A DNA stretch of 64,000 nucleotides, from the NCBI RefSeq assembly GCF_006345805.1, contig NC_043019.1, forward strand, positions 17,731,360 to 17,795,359. The letters run 5' to 3'. A program made the translations under genes and the position numbers. This document shows positions 53,960-64,000 of the stretch, piece by piece (position 1 is the stretch's first letter; every line of letters begins with the position of its first letter). The stretch comes from Octopus sinensis (Eukaryota). A model generated the notes under the pieces. The model did no database searches, had not been told where the DNA came from, and saw only the letters and a program-made list of their open reading frames with translations.

Positions 53960-55060
53960 TGTGTGGGGCTTCTTGAACATTTCATATCACCAGTCATCTT
54001 GATCCTTTGTCTCTCTCCATTGAGCTCAACATTTCGAGATCAACTTTTGCTTCTTCATCCCATGTCTTCCTGGACCTGGTGCCTCTTTATACAGCTGCTA
54101 TCTTCCATACACATCACATGCCTATATAAACAGGGTCTCATTTCTTGCACATTGCATCTGATTCCTCTTATACCCCGTTTTTTTTCACAACATATTTGTA
54201 CTTAATCTACACTGATATTGCACATCCAGTGGAGCATACTTCCTGAATTTCTACTTTTCTCTAGTTCTAGGCATTCAGAATCCTTGTCTCAAAGCCATCT
54301 GGCATTGTAGTTTATATACAAGCATCATACAATCTACCTTTTACTCTGAGAGAGAAACTGTTTTGACACTAATGCTGTTGATAACTCTCTGTACTTTCTC
54401 TACCCTGTTCTTTCTCTCACTACTTTCAGCACATCCACCTGCAAGAGCTGGCACTATCTCTAGCATTTCCTGAACAATTGGGAAAATCTATTTCCTTAGT
54501 GCTTATTGTTCCTGCTTATACAAAGTCTGTTGTCTCTGTTAACTTGCTTCTTATTCCATTGCATCTCTTGTGTTTCCATCATTCACATGAGATGGAATTT
54601 CTTTCATCTACATATCAAGTAAAGCCATTTTCACGAAGGAAGTAGAGTCCTGTCTGCCTGTCTGTTTCCCTACTTATTGAAACCGTGGACGTTAATAAGT
54701 TAACTTTGAAGCCCTTTGATTCCAGATTTTGCTTCCACACCTAGAATTTCTTTTCTAAATAATATTCAGCTATATGGACAAAGTCATCATCATAGAAGTT
54801 CCCGTGGAGATGTGCTCACAAGCTCTTCTTGGCTTGACAGACTATGATAAATAAAAGACTAAGAACTGAACCCTAGTTAACCCTGCCTACATTCTGAATT
54901 CATCATAGTACTTGTTGCTAACTCTCACCTTACTGAGAACTCCTCTGTGTGTGATTTTTGTGGCTTTCACAAGCCATTCATCTGCTACTAGAGCATGAAT
55001 GGCTGGTAAATTTTCTGGCAAGCAATTGAGATATTTGTAGGGACATTTTATACAAATAAC
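53960..55060 (-). mobile_element. Decayed RTE LINE RT fragment
   Basis: Shares catacaatctaccttt...ctctga (KGRLYDAC) with the 16690-16740 RTE segment; many stops. Confidence 0.6.
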
Positions 55061-55689
55061 GTTTATGGTGTTTAATTTGACAGAAGGAGTAAAAAGGCAC
55101 TATGTAGTCAATAGTGTAGTCACCTGGTAAGTTTTGTGAGCTTGCTATTACTCTCTTTACTTGTTTCAGTCATTTGACTGTGGCCATGCTGGAGCACCGC
55201 CTTTAGTAGAGCAAATCGACCCCAGGACTTATTCTTTGTAAGCCTAGTACTTATTCTATCGGTCTCTTTTGCTGAACTGCTAAGTTACGGGTAAGTAAAC
55301 ACACCAGCATCGGTTATCAAGCGATGATGGGGAGACAAACACAGACACACAAACACACACGCGCACATATATATACATATATACGACGGGCTATCTACCA
55401 AATGCTCACACAAGGCTTTGGTCAGCCCACGGCTACAGTAGAAGACACTTGCCCAAGATGCCACACAGTGGGACTGAACCTGGAACTATGTGGTTGGTAA
55501 GCAAGCTACTTACCACACAGCCACTCCTGCGCCTATTATTAATTTTTTAATTTTTTCTTTGAAACTGATATTTATAATATCTTATAATTTGTTTATATTC
55601 AACTGGTTAATTCTTACTATGAAATCAAATGTATAAGGGGTTGTAAAAGTTTATTGTTCATGTAGTAGGCTATGAAATCCTTACATTCT

Positions 55690-56210
55690 CTTGATTTCCT
55701 GCAATTCAGACCATTCATGATCCCAGCAGACAAAATGGGAAAGGCTTTGACCCAGATGATAGCAAGGGAGACCTACAGGAACAGCCTTTCTGATTCATGG
55801 GGCTCACACAGATGGATAGTCATCTCCACCCTGATAGCAGTGGGCAGGGATATGGTCTGGAGACCAAAAATGCCAGAGATTTCCACTGCCTCAGGCTTGA
55901 GCATAAACCTGTCAGAGAGTGACCAATACTTTGACAGTTTGCTTTCCTCAGCCTGACAAGCAGCAGAGCCTGGACTGGTGGCTGCACACACCAAGTTGCC
56001 AATGGTGAAGGGGTCACAGCATGTGGCATCCCAAATGAGAGACCTGCCACTACGGAATGGGAAAATTGTCATACCATCAGGCCTTTAACCATCTTCTTGG
56101 TCTAGCCCTGCTGGCTTGAGCTAGGAAGGGAGACCTGTGGTATCTAGGCCATGCTTTATGTTTTTGTTAAGGGTGGGCATGGTATGGAAGGCAGCCAGCA
56201 GCATGACAGC
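55690..56210 (-). mobile_element. CRE-like (RLE-type) non-LTR retrotransposon C-terminal fragment
   Basis: LN..IK..L...[39 protein letters not shown]...AEESKLSKY...KPEAVEISG, the conserved RPDG.T..P...G..L.WD.T endonuclease motif, with stops. Confidence 0.75.
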
Positions 56211-56564
56211 AAATCAAATAAAAATGTGATACTTGATAATGTTAGGCTGTAATAGAATAAACTATTTTGTGGAGGCCGTGTGAGTGATGAAATATGGAAG
56301 ATTAAAGGTGAAATAATTTTTACAGGTGAAGCAGTTAGTGTTTAATTTGACAGAACCAAGCTGTAGAATAATTGATAAGATGGTCATCCTGCAAGCAATG
56401 GATCTCTGTTTCAAATCTTGACAGAGGAACAAGACTTGTTTTCTCTGATATTAAGGATTATTATGTCTCATCTCATTTATATTAAAATTTTTGTTGTCAG
56501 TTGAAAATAAATTCATAATAAAAATATTAAATGCATTTGATTCTTATTGCATGGACTTTGCTCT

Positions 56565-56607
<43 letters not shown>

Positions 56608-56660
56608 TTGTCCATCAGTGTGTGTGTGGGTGTCTTTGTCTGTCTATATGTATGTGTCGA

Positions 56661-56882
56661 AGGCGGCGAGCTGGCAGAAACGTTAGCACGCCGGGCAAAA
56701 TGCGTTGCCGTATTTTGTCTGCCGTTACGTTCCGAGTTCAAATTCCGCTGAGGTCGACTTTGCCTTTCATCCTTCCGGGGTCGATGTACCAGTTACGCAC
56801 TGGGGTCGATGTAATCGACTTAATCCGTTTGTCTGTCCTTGTTTGTCTCCTCTGTGTTTAGCCCCCTGTGGGTAGTAAAGAA
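56661..56882 (+). mobile_element. tRNA-derived SINE family 2 (gtcgactttgcctttcatcc...gtcgat core, Meta-domain-like), representative copy
   Basis: Copies (approximate): 1235-1378-, 17678-17890+, 18331-18670-, 25184-25380+, 28560-28790-, 32690-32885+, 42560-42972-, 47290-47440-, 61525-61720+. The Meta-domain assignment is from memory. Confidence 0.85.
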
Positions 56883-57259
56883 ATATATATGTATGTGTCT
56901 ATTTCTCTATTCTCTCCATCTGTCTGTCTGTATCTGCGTATCTATTTGTCTCTGCTTATCTGTCTATCCATCTATGTGTGCATATGTGTCTATCTATCTG
57001 CATGTGTGTGTGTGTGTTGTGTCTGTTTCTGTATCTGTGTATCCATATGCGCATAACCATACCTTTATGTCTGTCTGTGTGCCTGTGCGTATTTATACCA
57101 CTTTTTTTCCCACCCACGTAGGGCATGCATATCTCTCTATCATGTGTGCATATACAGGGTGCCTTTACCTATTCTCAAATGTATATATTTCCTCCTCTCG
57201 AACTCAAATCTCTTCACCTCATTGTTTCTCTCCTTCCACTTTCCTCTCTTTCTCTCCAG

Positions 57260-57490
57260 CTCTAGGTTCATCAATCGTCATGCTGAGTGGAATGGTACTC
57301 GTTGGTCAGCGTTTTGGTTCAGAACATCCAATTGGAACTGTTATTGTCAGTGGGTCACACCCGTCCGGTTTTGTCCTCTTCCCTATTTTCATGCCTTATC
57401 TCATTGAATCATTCGGTTGGCGTGGATCACTGTTACTGTTATCAGCAATTAGTCTACACATCATTCCCTTCGCACTTGTTGCTACCTATG
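57260..57490 (+). CDS. SLC16/MCT-family transporter coding exon 4 (TM4-TM6); gene continues downstream
   Basis: Acceptor ttctctccAG at 57258-57259, phase 1. Encodes (A)LGSSIVMLSGMVLVGQRFGSEHPIGTVIVSGSHPSGFVLFPIFMPYLIESFGWRGSLLLLSAISLHIIPFALVATY with the SLC16 L...FGWRG motif. Donor GTATGT at 57491. Confidence 0.92.
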
Positions 57491-58609
57491 GTATGTACCT
57501 CGACTTTTCATAATCCTCTTTAAACCTTTTAGCATTCAGATTATTCTGTCAAATGTATTGCTTATTTATCCATGTTGTTGTGACTTAATCATACATTGTC
57601 TCCTACATTCATGATTTCAATGATGTGATTGTTTGATTTTTAGAATGTTATCAATGGAATTTGTAGTTTTGTGGTACCAGTGCCGGTGGCACATAAGAAA
57701 ACCATCCAAACGTGGCCGTAGCCAGTACCGCATCGACTGGCCTCCGTGCTGGTGGCAGTAACAAACACCATCCGATCGTGGTCGTTGCCAGCCTCGCCTG
57801 GCCTCCGTGCCGGTGGCATGTAAAACACCATCCGAGCGTGGCCGTTCACCAGCCTCGTCTGGCACCTGTGTCAGTGGCACATAAAAAGCACCCACTACAC
57901 TCATGGAGTGGTTGGCGTTAGGAAGGGCGTCCAGCTGTAGAAACATTGCCAGATCAGACTGGGCCTGGTGCAGCCTTCGGGCTTCCCAGACCTCAGTTGA
58001 ACCGTCCAACCCATGCTAGCATGGAAAGCGGACGTTAAACGATGATGATGATGATGATTGTAAGGTAAGTGTGAGAGGCCAGATCTGGCTGGATTGAACA
58101 TAAGACAGGTAGAATATTTTGGCTGGATATGACTGGATTAAATGCTAAAGGGATGATTTACACATTCCGTTGTGGTCCTTTCATCATGTGTACCCTGGTG
58201 TTAGAACAGGTCCCTACATGTGGTAAGAGACAGCTAAAAGGATTGGTGGCAAGAGGAGCACCAAGATGTAAAACACTGCCTTAGTAAAAAAACATCCAAT
58301 CCATCCATGTCAGCATGGAAAAGTGGATGTTAAATGATGATGATGATGATATATTGTCAATAAATCCTAAATCTGAAAAAGAAGCACACTCTAAGTTATA
58401 GAGCAGTAGAATATATAAATTAAGATAGATATGTCCGGTCTATGAGGTTACTGTGGGTTTCATGTTCATAAAGCACTTAGCTTTACAGTGTTTCTTCAGA
58501 CCCTAGGCCTCAGGCCTCTCTAAAAAATGGAGGAGGAAAAGATCTTGTTACTCGGTGTCAACAACAGGGAATTGTATCCCCTACTCATAATTGATCCTGT
58601 TATCATATG

Positions 58610-58955
58610 GATCCCAGGAGACCAACAGAAATTTCTTGAAGTGCAAGCAGGGTCTGAAGACTTCTGTTCTGGAGTTAAGGATGTCTCCTGGGTTGAGGGA
58701 GTCCTTTAATATCCTCGTCCATTTGACTACACACAGTTTATAACACTAGGTTCCATTTATGTAGGGGCCTGGATTTTATAGGACCTTCCATGATATTATG
58801 TGAGGAGTTCAATCATCTTTCAGCTGCCAAACATGACTAGCTAAGGATGTGGCATATCTTCTTTCTAGGATCCTGAAAGAGGATCTGTGGTTGGTGAGGC
58901 ACTGCTTGAATGAGTTACTGGAACATCCAATGTATCTCAGTGTTTGGGTGTTGGC
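58610..58955 (-). mobile_element. Penelope-like element GIY-YIG endonuclease remnant
   Basis: Minus frame RYIGCSSNSFKQCLTNHRSSF...TSLASHVWQLK..*...ISWKVL*...CYKLC...LNSRTEVFRPCLHFKKFLL matches the PLE endonuclease pattern YIG.T..FK.R..NH..SF...LS.H.W.LK...W...C.LC...LN.R.E...C.H; three in-frame stops. Confidence 0.8.
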
Positions 58956-59333
58956 AATGTTGATGCTGCTACTACTGCTGTTGTTGGTGCTAGTGTCACT
59001 GGTGTTGGTAGTGGCATCATTACAGCTAGTGTTGGTCTTGGTGTTGATACTGTTAATACTGGCATAGGGGACATCGTCGGTGGTGTCACTGCTGTTGGTG
59101 GTGTTGCTGCCTGTTCATGGTGGTGTTGTTGTTATTGATATTATTGGTGAAAGTGGTGCTGCTATTAGTAGTCATTGGGAAAGCTGCTGCTCTTTCTGCT
59201 ACTTCTGGGGCCAGCTATCACCTCAACCTCGACTCCTTTGGGCATCTATTGTTATTCTAAACAGCAGTAGGAGTAAAGTAAGGAAGAAGGTGGTGGAGAG
59301 AAAGGAGAAGAGAAAGAATAATAAAAGAATGTG

Positions 59334-59816
59334 GGAGTGGTATGATAGTAGTCGGATGTTAAATGGTCAAGTGACCTAAGAGTGACTTGTTGTAGATTAT
59401 AGAAGTGATTGAGACTGTTTTAATGGATTCTTGGGTATCTCTTTTGAATGTATCATTTTTAATATTTGCGTGTGTATGTTATTTTAAGGTCATGGTGGAT
59501 ATGTCATTTGTTATAGATGCATTCAAAAGGGTTCTGTATTTTGTGATAAAGAGAGTCTCTTTACTAATTCGTTGGCTGCAGGTTGTATCATCCCTGAATT
59601 GATAGAGGGGAAAAATTTTTATTATTTGAACACATCTACAACAAATGACATATCCACCACAACCTTTGAATAACACACACGCAAATATTAAAAATGATAC
59701 ATTCAAAAGAGATACCCAAGAATTCATGAAAACAGTTCCAATCACTACTATAAACCACAACGGGTCACTTTTAGGGCACTTGACCATTTAACATCCTACT
59801 ACTATCATACCACTCC
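59334..59816. repeat. Imperfect inverted repeat, about 194-bp arms, about 97-bp spacer
   Basis: Left arm ggagtggtatgatag...gcattcaaa; right arm tttgaacacatc...cataccactcc. Both arms give EWYDSSRMLNGQV in the ORF track. Confidence 0.88.
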
Positions 59817-60611
59817 TGCTTTCTTCTTCTTCTTCTTCTTCTTCCTTCTTCCTTCTTCTTCTTCGTCCTTCTCCTTCTCCTCCTCCTCCAAGAATTCACA
59901 ACCACCTCAAACCCATAAGAGTAAACAAGAGAGCCCGAAACAGGCAGAAACAAGGAAAATGCCCCTTCTATTTGAAAACTATGCAAATATTCTTTTAAAA
60001 AAACTTTTCATTTAATTTTTCCAAAATTTAATTGTTTTCCATACTCAGAGTTGAAAAAGTCTCAATGACTGAAACCGGTACTGAAATGTTTTTTATAAAA
60101 TTATTTTAGCATTTTCTACCTTGATTTTTTTTTCCCTTATACATATCAACTTGTGTGTTCCTTTTCAACGTTCTACACACACACACATGTACACACACAC
60201 ACACACAAGTACCAGCACAAAGTGATAATGAGAATTAAACAAACTTAAGGTTACAAACATATTTGAACTAGAACAAAAGATTGTTTACATACATACATGC
60301 AGGCAGGCAGGCAGGCATATTATTGTTGTCAGTCACATGACGGGTAACTTAGGAAGTATACTTTTGTCACTCTGGATAATATTAGGGAAATATAACATAC
60401 CCTTTTACTCTTTTACTTGTTTCAGTCATTTGACTGTGGCCATGCTGGAGCACCGCCTTTTAGTTGAGCAAATCGACCCCCAGGACTTATTCTTTGTAAG
60501 TCTAGTACTTATTCTATCGGTCTCTTTTGCCAAACCGCTAAGTTATGGGGATGTAAACAAGCAGCATCAGTTGTGAAGCGATGTTGGGGGGACCAACACA
60601 GACACACAAAT

Positions 60612-60728
<117 letters not shown>

Positions 60729-62256
60729 TACGACAGGCTTCTTTCAGTTTCCGTCTACCAAATCCACTCATAAGGCTTTGGTCGGCCCGAGGCTATAGTA
60801 GAAGACACTTGCCCAAGATGCCACGCAGTGGGACTGAACCCGGAACCATGTGGCTGGTAAGCAAGCTACTTACCACACAGCCACTCCAGCGCCTACATAG
60901 AATAATTTGACTTGAAAATTTGCCTTTCTTTTTGCCTTCTTTTTTGTCTTTCCTCTGCTAATCTCCATTGCTTTCTTGGCTTAGATTCTCCCATTTTGTA
61001 GTTCCTTGAAACACTAAACTGAAATAAAAAACCCACACTTTACACATACATTTGAATGACATTTATTTCACTTGATGATGTAGTCCAAACCTTGGAAATA
61101 TGATATGTTTGTTTAGGGATGGTGTATATAAGCCGTTTAGGTTTTATCATTGTTGACATATAATAATTGCTTTTAAATGGAAAGGAAAAACAAATTTTGA
61201 AAAACAGGATGAAATGTTAGCTGACATTATGTTTTGGTGTTTCTTGTTTAGTATTTGTCAAGTCGAAAAGTTTACTTTTAAGGTAGAACTTGCTTTTGCT
61301 GAGGGTTTCTCAAAAGTAGGTTCTTGTTGCAATCGCATATGTCACAAGTCCCCGCTTCAATGAGATTACAGAAATGATATATCTGGACACAAAAATAGGA
61401 ATAGTAAGGACAGAAGCATTAGAGCATCCCCCCCAAAAAACAAATTTTTTTTTAGTTGTCTAACCCATGCTAGCATGGAAAGTGGATGTTAAACAATGAT
61501 GATGATGATGATGATGATGATAATGGTGGTGAGCTGGTGGAATCATTAGCACACCAGGCAAAATGCTTAGTGGCATTTTGTCTGTCTTTACATTCTGAGT
61601 TCAAATTCCACTAAAGTCAATTTTGCGTTTCATCCTTTCGAGGTTGATAAAATAAGTACCAGTTGAATACTGGGGTCAATGTGATTAACTTAACCCCTCT
61701 CCCAAAATTGCTGGCCTTGAGCCAAAACTTGAAACTAATAATGGTACTAATATAAGTGAAATTACTCTCAGTCTCTTACAAAATACCAAGAAAGCTGGTA
61801 TTCTACTGAACTTCTCTGGGAGTGGGATAACTCATAGACACCTGTTGTCTATAGTGCCCCTTTCCCCAATTATAATGTCAGGTTGCCCATGGAAGGCCCT
61901 CTGGGAGAAAACTGTACCAACCAATATAACATACAAACATGTGCTTGAGACACAAAATAATAGTAAATACTATATTGAAACTCCTAGGAATCCTATGAAG
62001 CAGTGTATCATGATATACAGGCATTCCTGATTTAACCCTAGTCTCAGTTTTTTTTTTTTTTACCTTTTAGACTGTGGCCATACTGGGGCACGACTGTGAG
62101 AAATTTTAGTTGAACTAATCGACCCCATTTTTTTTTTGTGTTTTTAAGCCTGGTACTTATTCCACCAGTCTATTTTGCCAATCTGCTAAGTTACGGGGTT
62201 GTAAACACACCAACACCAGTTGTCAAGTGGTGGAGAGGGAAAACACAGACACAAAG

Positions 62257-62294
<38 letters not shown>

Positions 62295-62806
62295 ACAGAT
62301 ATATATATATATACACCACCTACACCACCAAACGGTATACACAGGTGCTTATAATTATCAAGTACTCACCCCGAATTTCTACACTCAACTATATATATAT
62401 ATATATATATATATACATGGTTCTGGGTTCAGTCCCACTGCATGGCACCTTGGGCAAGTGTCTTCTATTATAGCCTTGGGCCGACCAAAGCCTTGTGAGT
62501 AGATTTGGTAGATGGAAACTGAAAGAAGCCCGTCGTATATATGTATATATATATATATATATATAAGTATGAGTGAGTATATGTTTGTGTGTCTGTGTTT
62601 ATCCCCCCCCCCCAACATTGCTTGACAACTGATGCTAGTGTGTTTACGTCCCCGTAACTTAGTGGTTTGGCAAAAAGAGACTGATAGAATAAGTGCTACG
62701 CTTACAAAGAATAAGTCCTGGGGGTCGATTTGCTCAACTAAAGGTGGTGCTCCAGTATGGCCACACTCAAATGACTGAAACAAGTAAAAGAGTATATATA
62801 TATATA

Positions 62807-63042
62807 TATATAAATTAGAGAAAAACCACCTTTTATCAATTCAACAATGAAATAACAATGATATAATTAAATTATACCATATAGAAAAAAATTAAATATA
62901 CAATATTTTTATCGTATATTGATAAAAGGTGGTCCGATAAAAATATTGTATATCTAATATTTTTCTATATGGTATAATTTAATTATATCATTGTTATTTC
63001 ATTGTTGAATTGATAAAAGGTGGTTTTTCTCTAATTTATATA
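62807..63042. repeat. Long inverted repeat, 108-bp arms, 20-nt spacer
   Basis: 62807-62914 pairs with 62935-63042 with two mismatches; starts inside a (TA)n tract. Confidence 0.93.
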
Positions 63043-63151
63043 CATATATTATATATTGTGAAATTTGATTTAGTATTACTAAATTGAATTTTTCCCTGTA
63101 AGTTTGGAATAATATTCCCTAATATTATTATTATTATTTTTATCATTATTA

Positions 63152-63515
63152 TCTCTATATTTATAAACAGCAAAATGTCTGTCTGTGTGTGTGTCCTTTA
63201 TACAAATCCACAATTTTTCAGTTAGAGGGCTCACACTTTCTATGCTCATTCAAAACCATCCAAGGGTGGTCGTGCACATTTTTACATTTCCCCGGTCACC
63301 CCGCAAAGCCATTAAAAAATCAATAGAAGTGACTTTTTTGTGAATTTTCTATCCAAAACCCAGTCAAAATGCCCGAAACTTCATACACCAATTGAATGCC
63401 AGCTAGCTGTGATTGGTCGGAGATTTGGACAGTACTCACGTGTATGTGTGCATGCATGCAGCTGTATATGCATGCACTAGCGCTATGACCCAGCAATGTT
63501 GGGTCATAGTGCTAG
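63152..63515 (+). mobile_element. Non-autonomous Helitron
   Basis: A|TCTCTATATTTATAAA...hairpin...CTAG|T; gtctgtctgtgtgtg microsatellite near the 5' end, as in the 39877 element. Confidence 0.8.
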
Positions 63516-64000
63516 TATATCATCATCATCATCATCATCATCGTTTAACGTCCGCTTTCCATGCTAGCATGGGTTGGACGGTTCAACTGGGGTCTGGCAA
63601 GCCCGAAGGCTGCACCAGGCCAGTCAGATCTGGCAGTGTTTCTACAGCTGGATGCCCTTCCTAACGCCAACCACTCCGAGAGTGTAGTGGGTGATTTTAT
63701 GTGCCACCGACACAGGTGCCAGACGAGGCTGGCGAACGGCCATGCTCGGATGGTGTTTTTATGTGCCACCAACACAGGTGCCAGACGAGGCTGGCAGACG
63801 GCCACGCTCGGATGGTGTTTTTATGTGCCACCAACACAGGTGCCAGACGAGGCTGGCAATGCAAGTTATTTTGTGACCCTGTCAGTGCAGGTGCCACTTA
63901 AAAGCATCCAGTTCACACTGTAAAGTAGTTGGTGTTTGGAAGGGCATCCAGTTGTAAAAACCTTGCCAAAACTGACCCCGCCTGTGTTTGTGCTACATAA

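Noticed and set aside
58944-59138. Gly/Val-rich ORF as a possible exon 5 of the transporter
   Set aside because: No convincing phase-1 acceptor or SLC16 similarity; the opposite strand runs in frame into a Penelope endonuclease remnant.

Overview
AT-rich, repeat-dense animal genomic DNA. The SINE families and (TA)n/(CA)n/(GAT)n landscape look like octopus (cephalopod) sequence to me; that is recognition, not a database result. One protein-coding gene is supported: the N-terminal half of a divergent SLC16 (monocarboxylate transporter, MFS) family member on the + strand. Four coding exons (8031-8161, 32009-32217, 33558-33701, 57260-57490) join in frame through GT-AG introns of about 23.8, 1.3 and 23.6 kb, giving 238 codons; I found no further exon in the window. 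Almost everything else is mobile-element material, often nested: at least four SINE or LINE-tail families (50+ copies); RTE, CR1-group, R4/Dong-like, CRE-like and Penelope-like retroelement remnants; two Ty3/Gypsy remnants; Tc1 and mariner relics; MITEs with 8-bp or TTAA target duplications; and Helitron- and Helentron-like elements. Most ORFs in the supplied track are repeat artefacts. I found no clearly new biological system. The best leads are long fold-back palindromes tied to (TA)n tracts (possibly Penelope-derived, with degenerate hammerhead-like motifs), many closely spaced inverted SINE pairs in the introns (candidate A-to-I editing substrates), the non-canonical transport residues of the SLC16 protein, and a near-identical 973-bp tandem duplication that may be an assembly artefact. 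Repeat boundaries are manual estimates unless target duplications are quoted.
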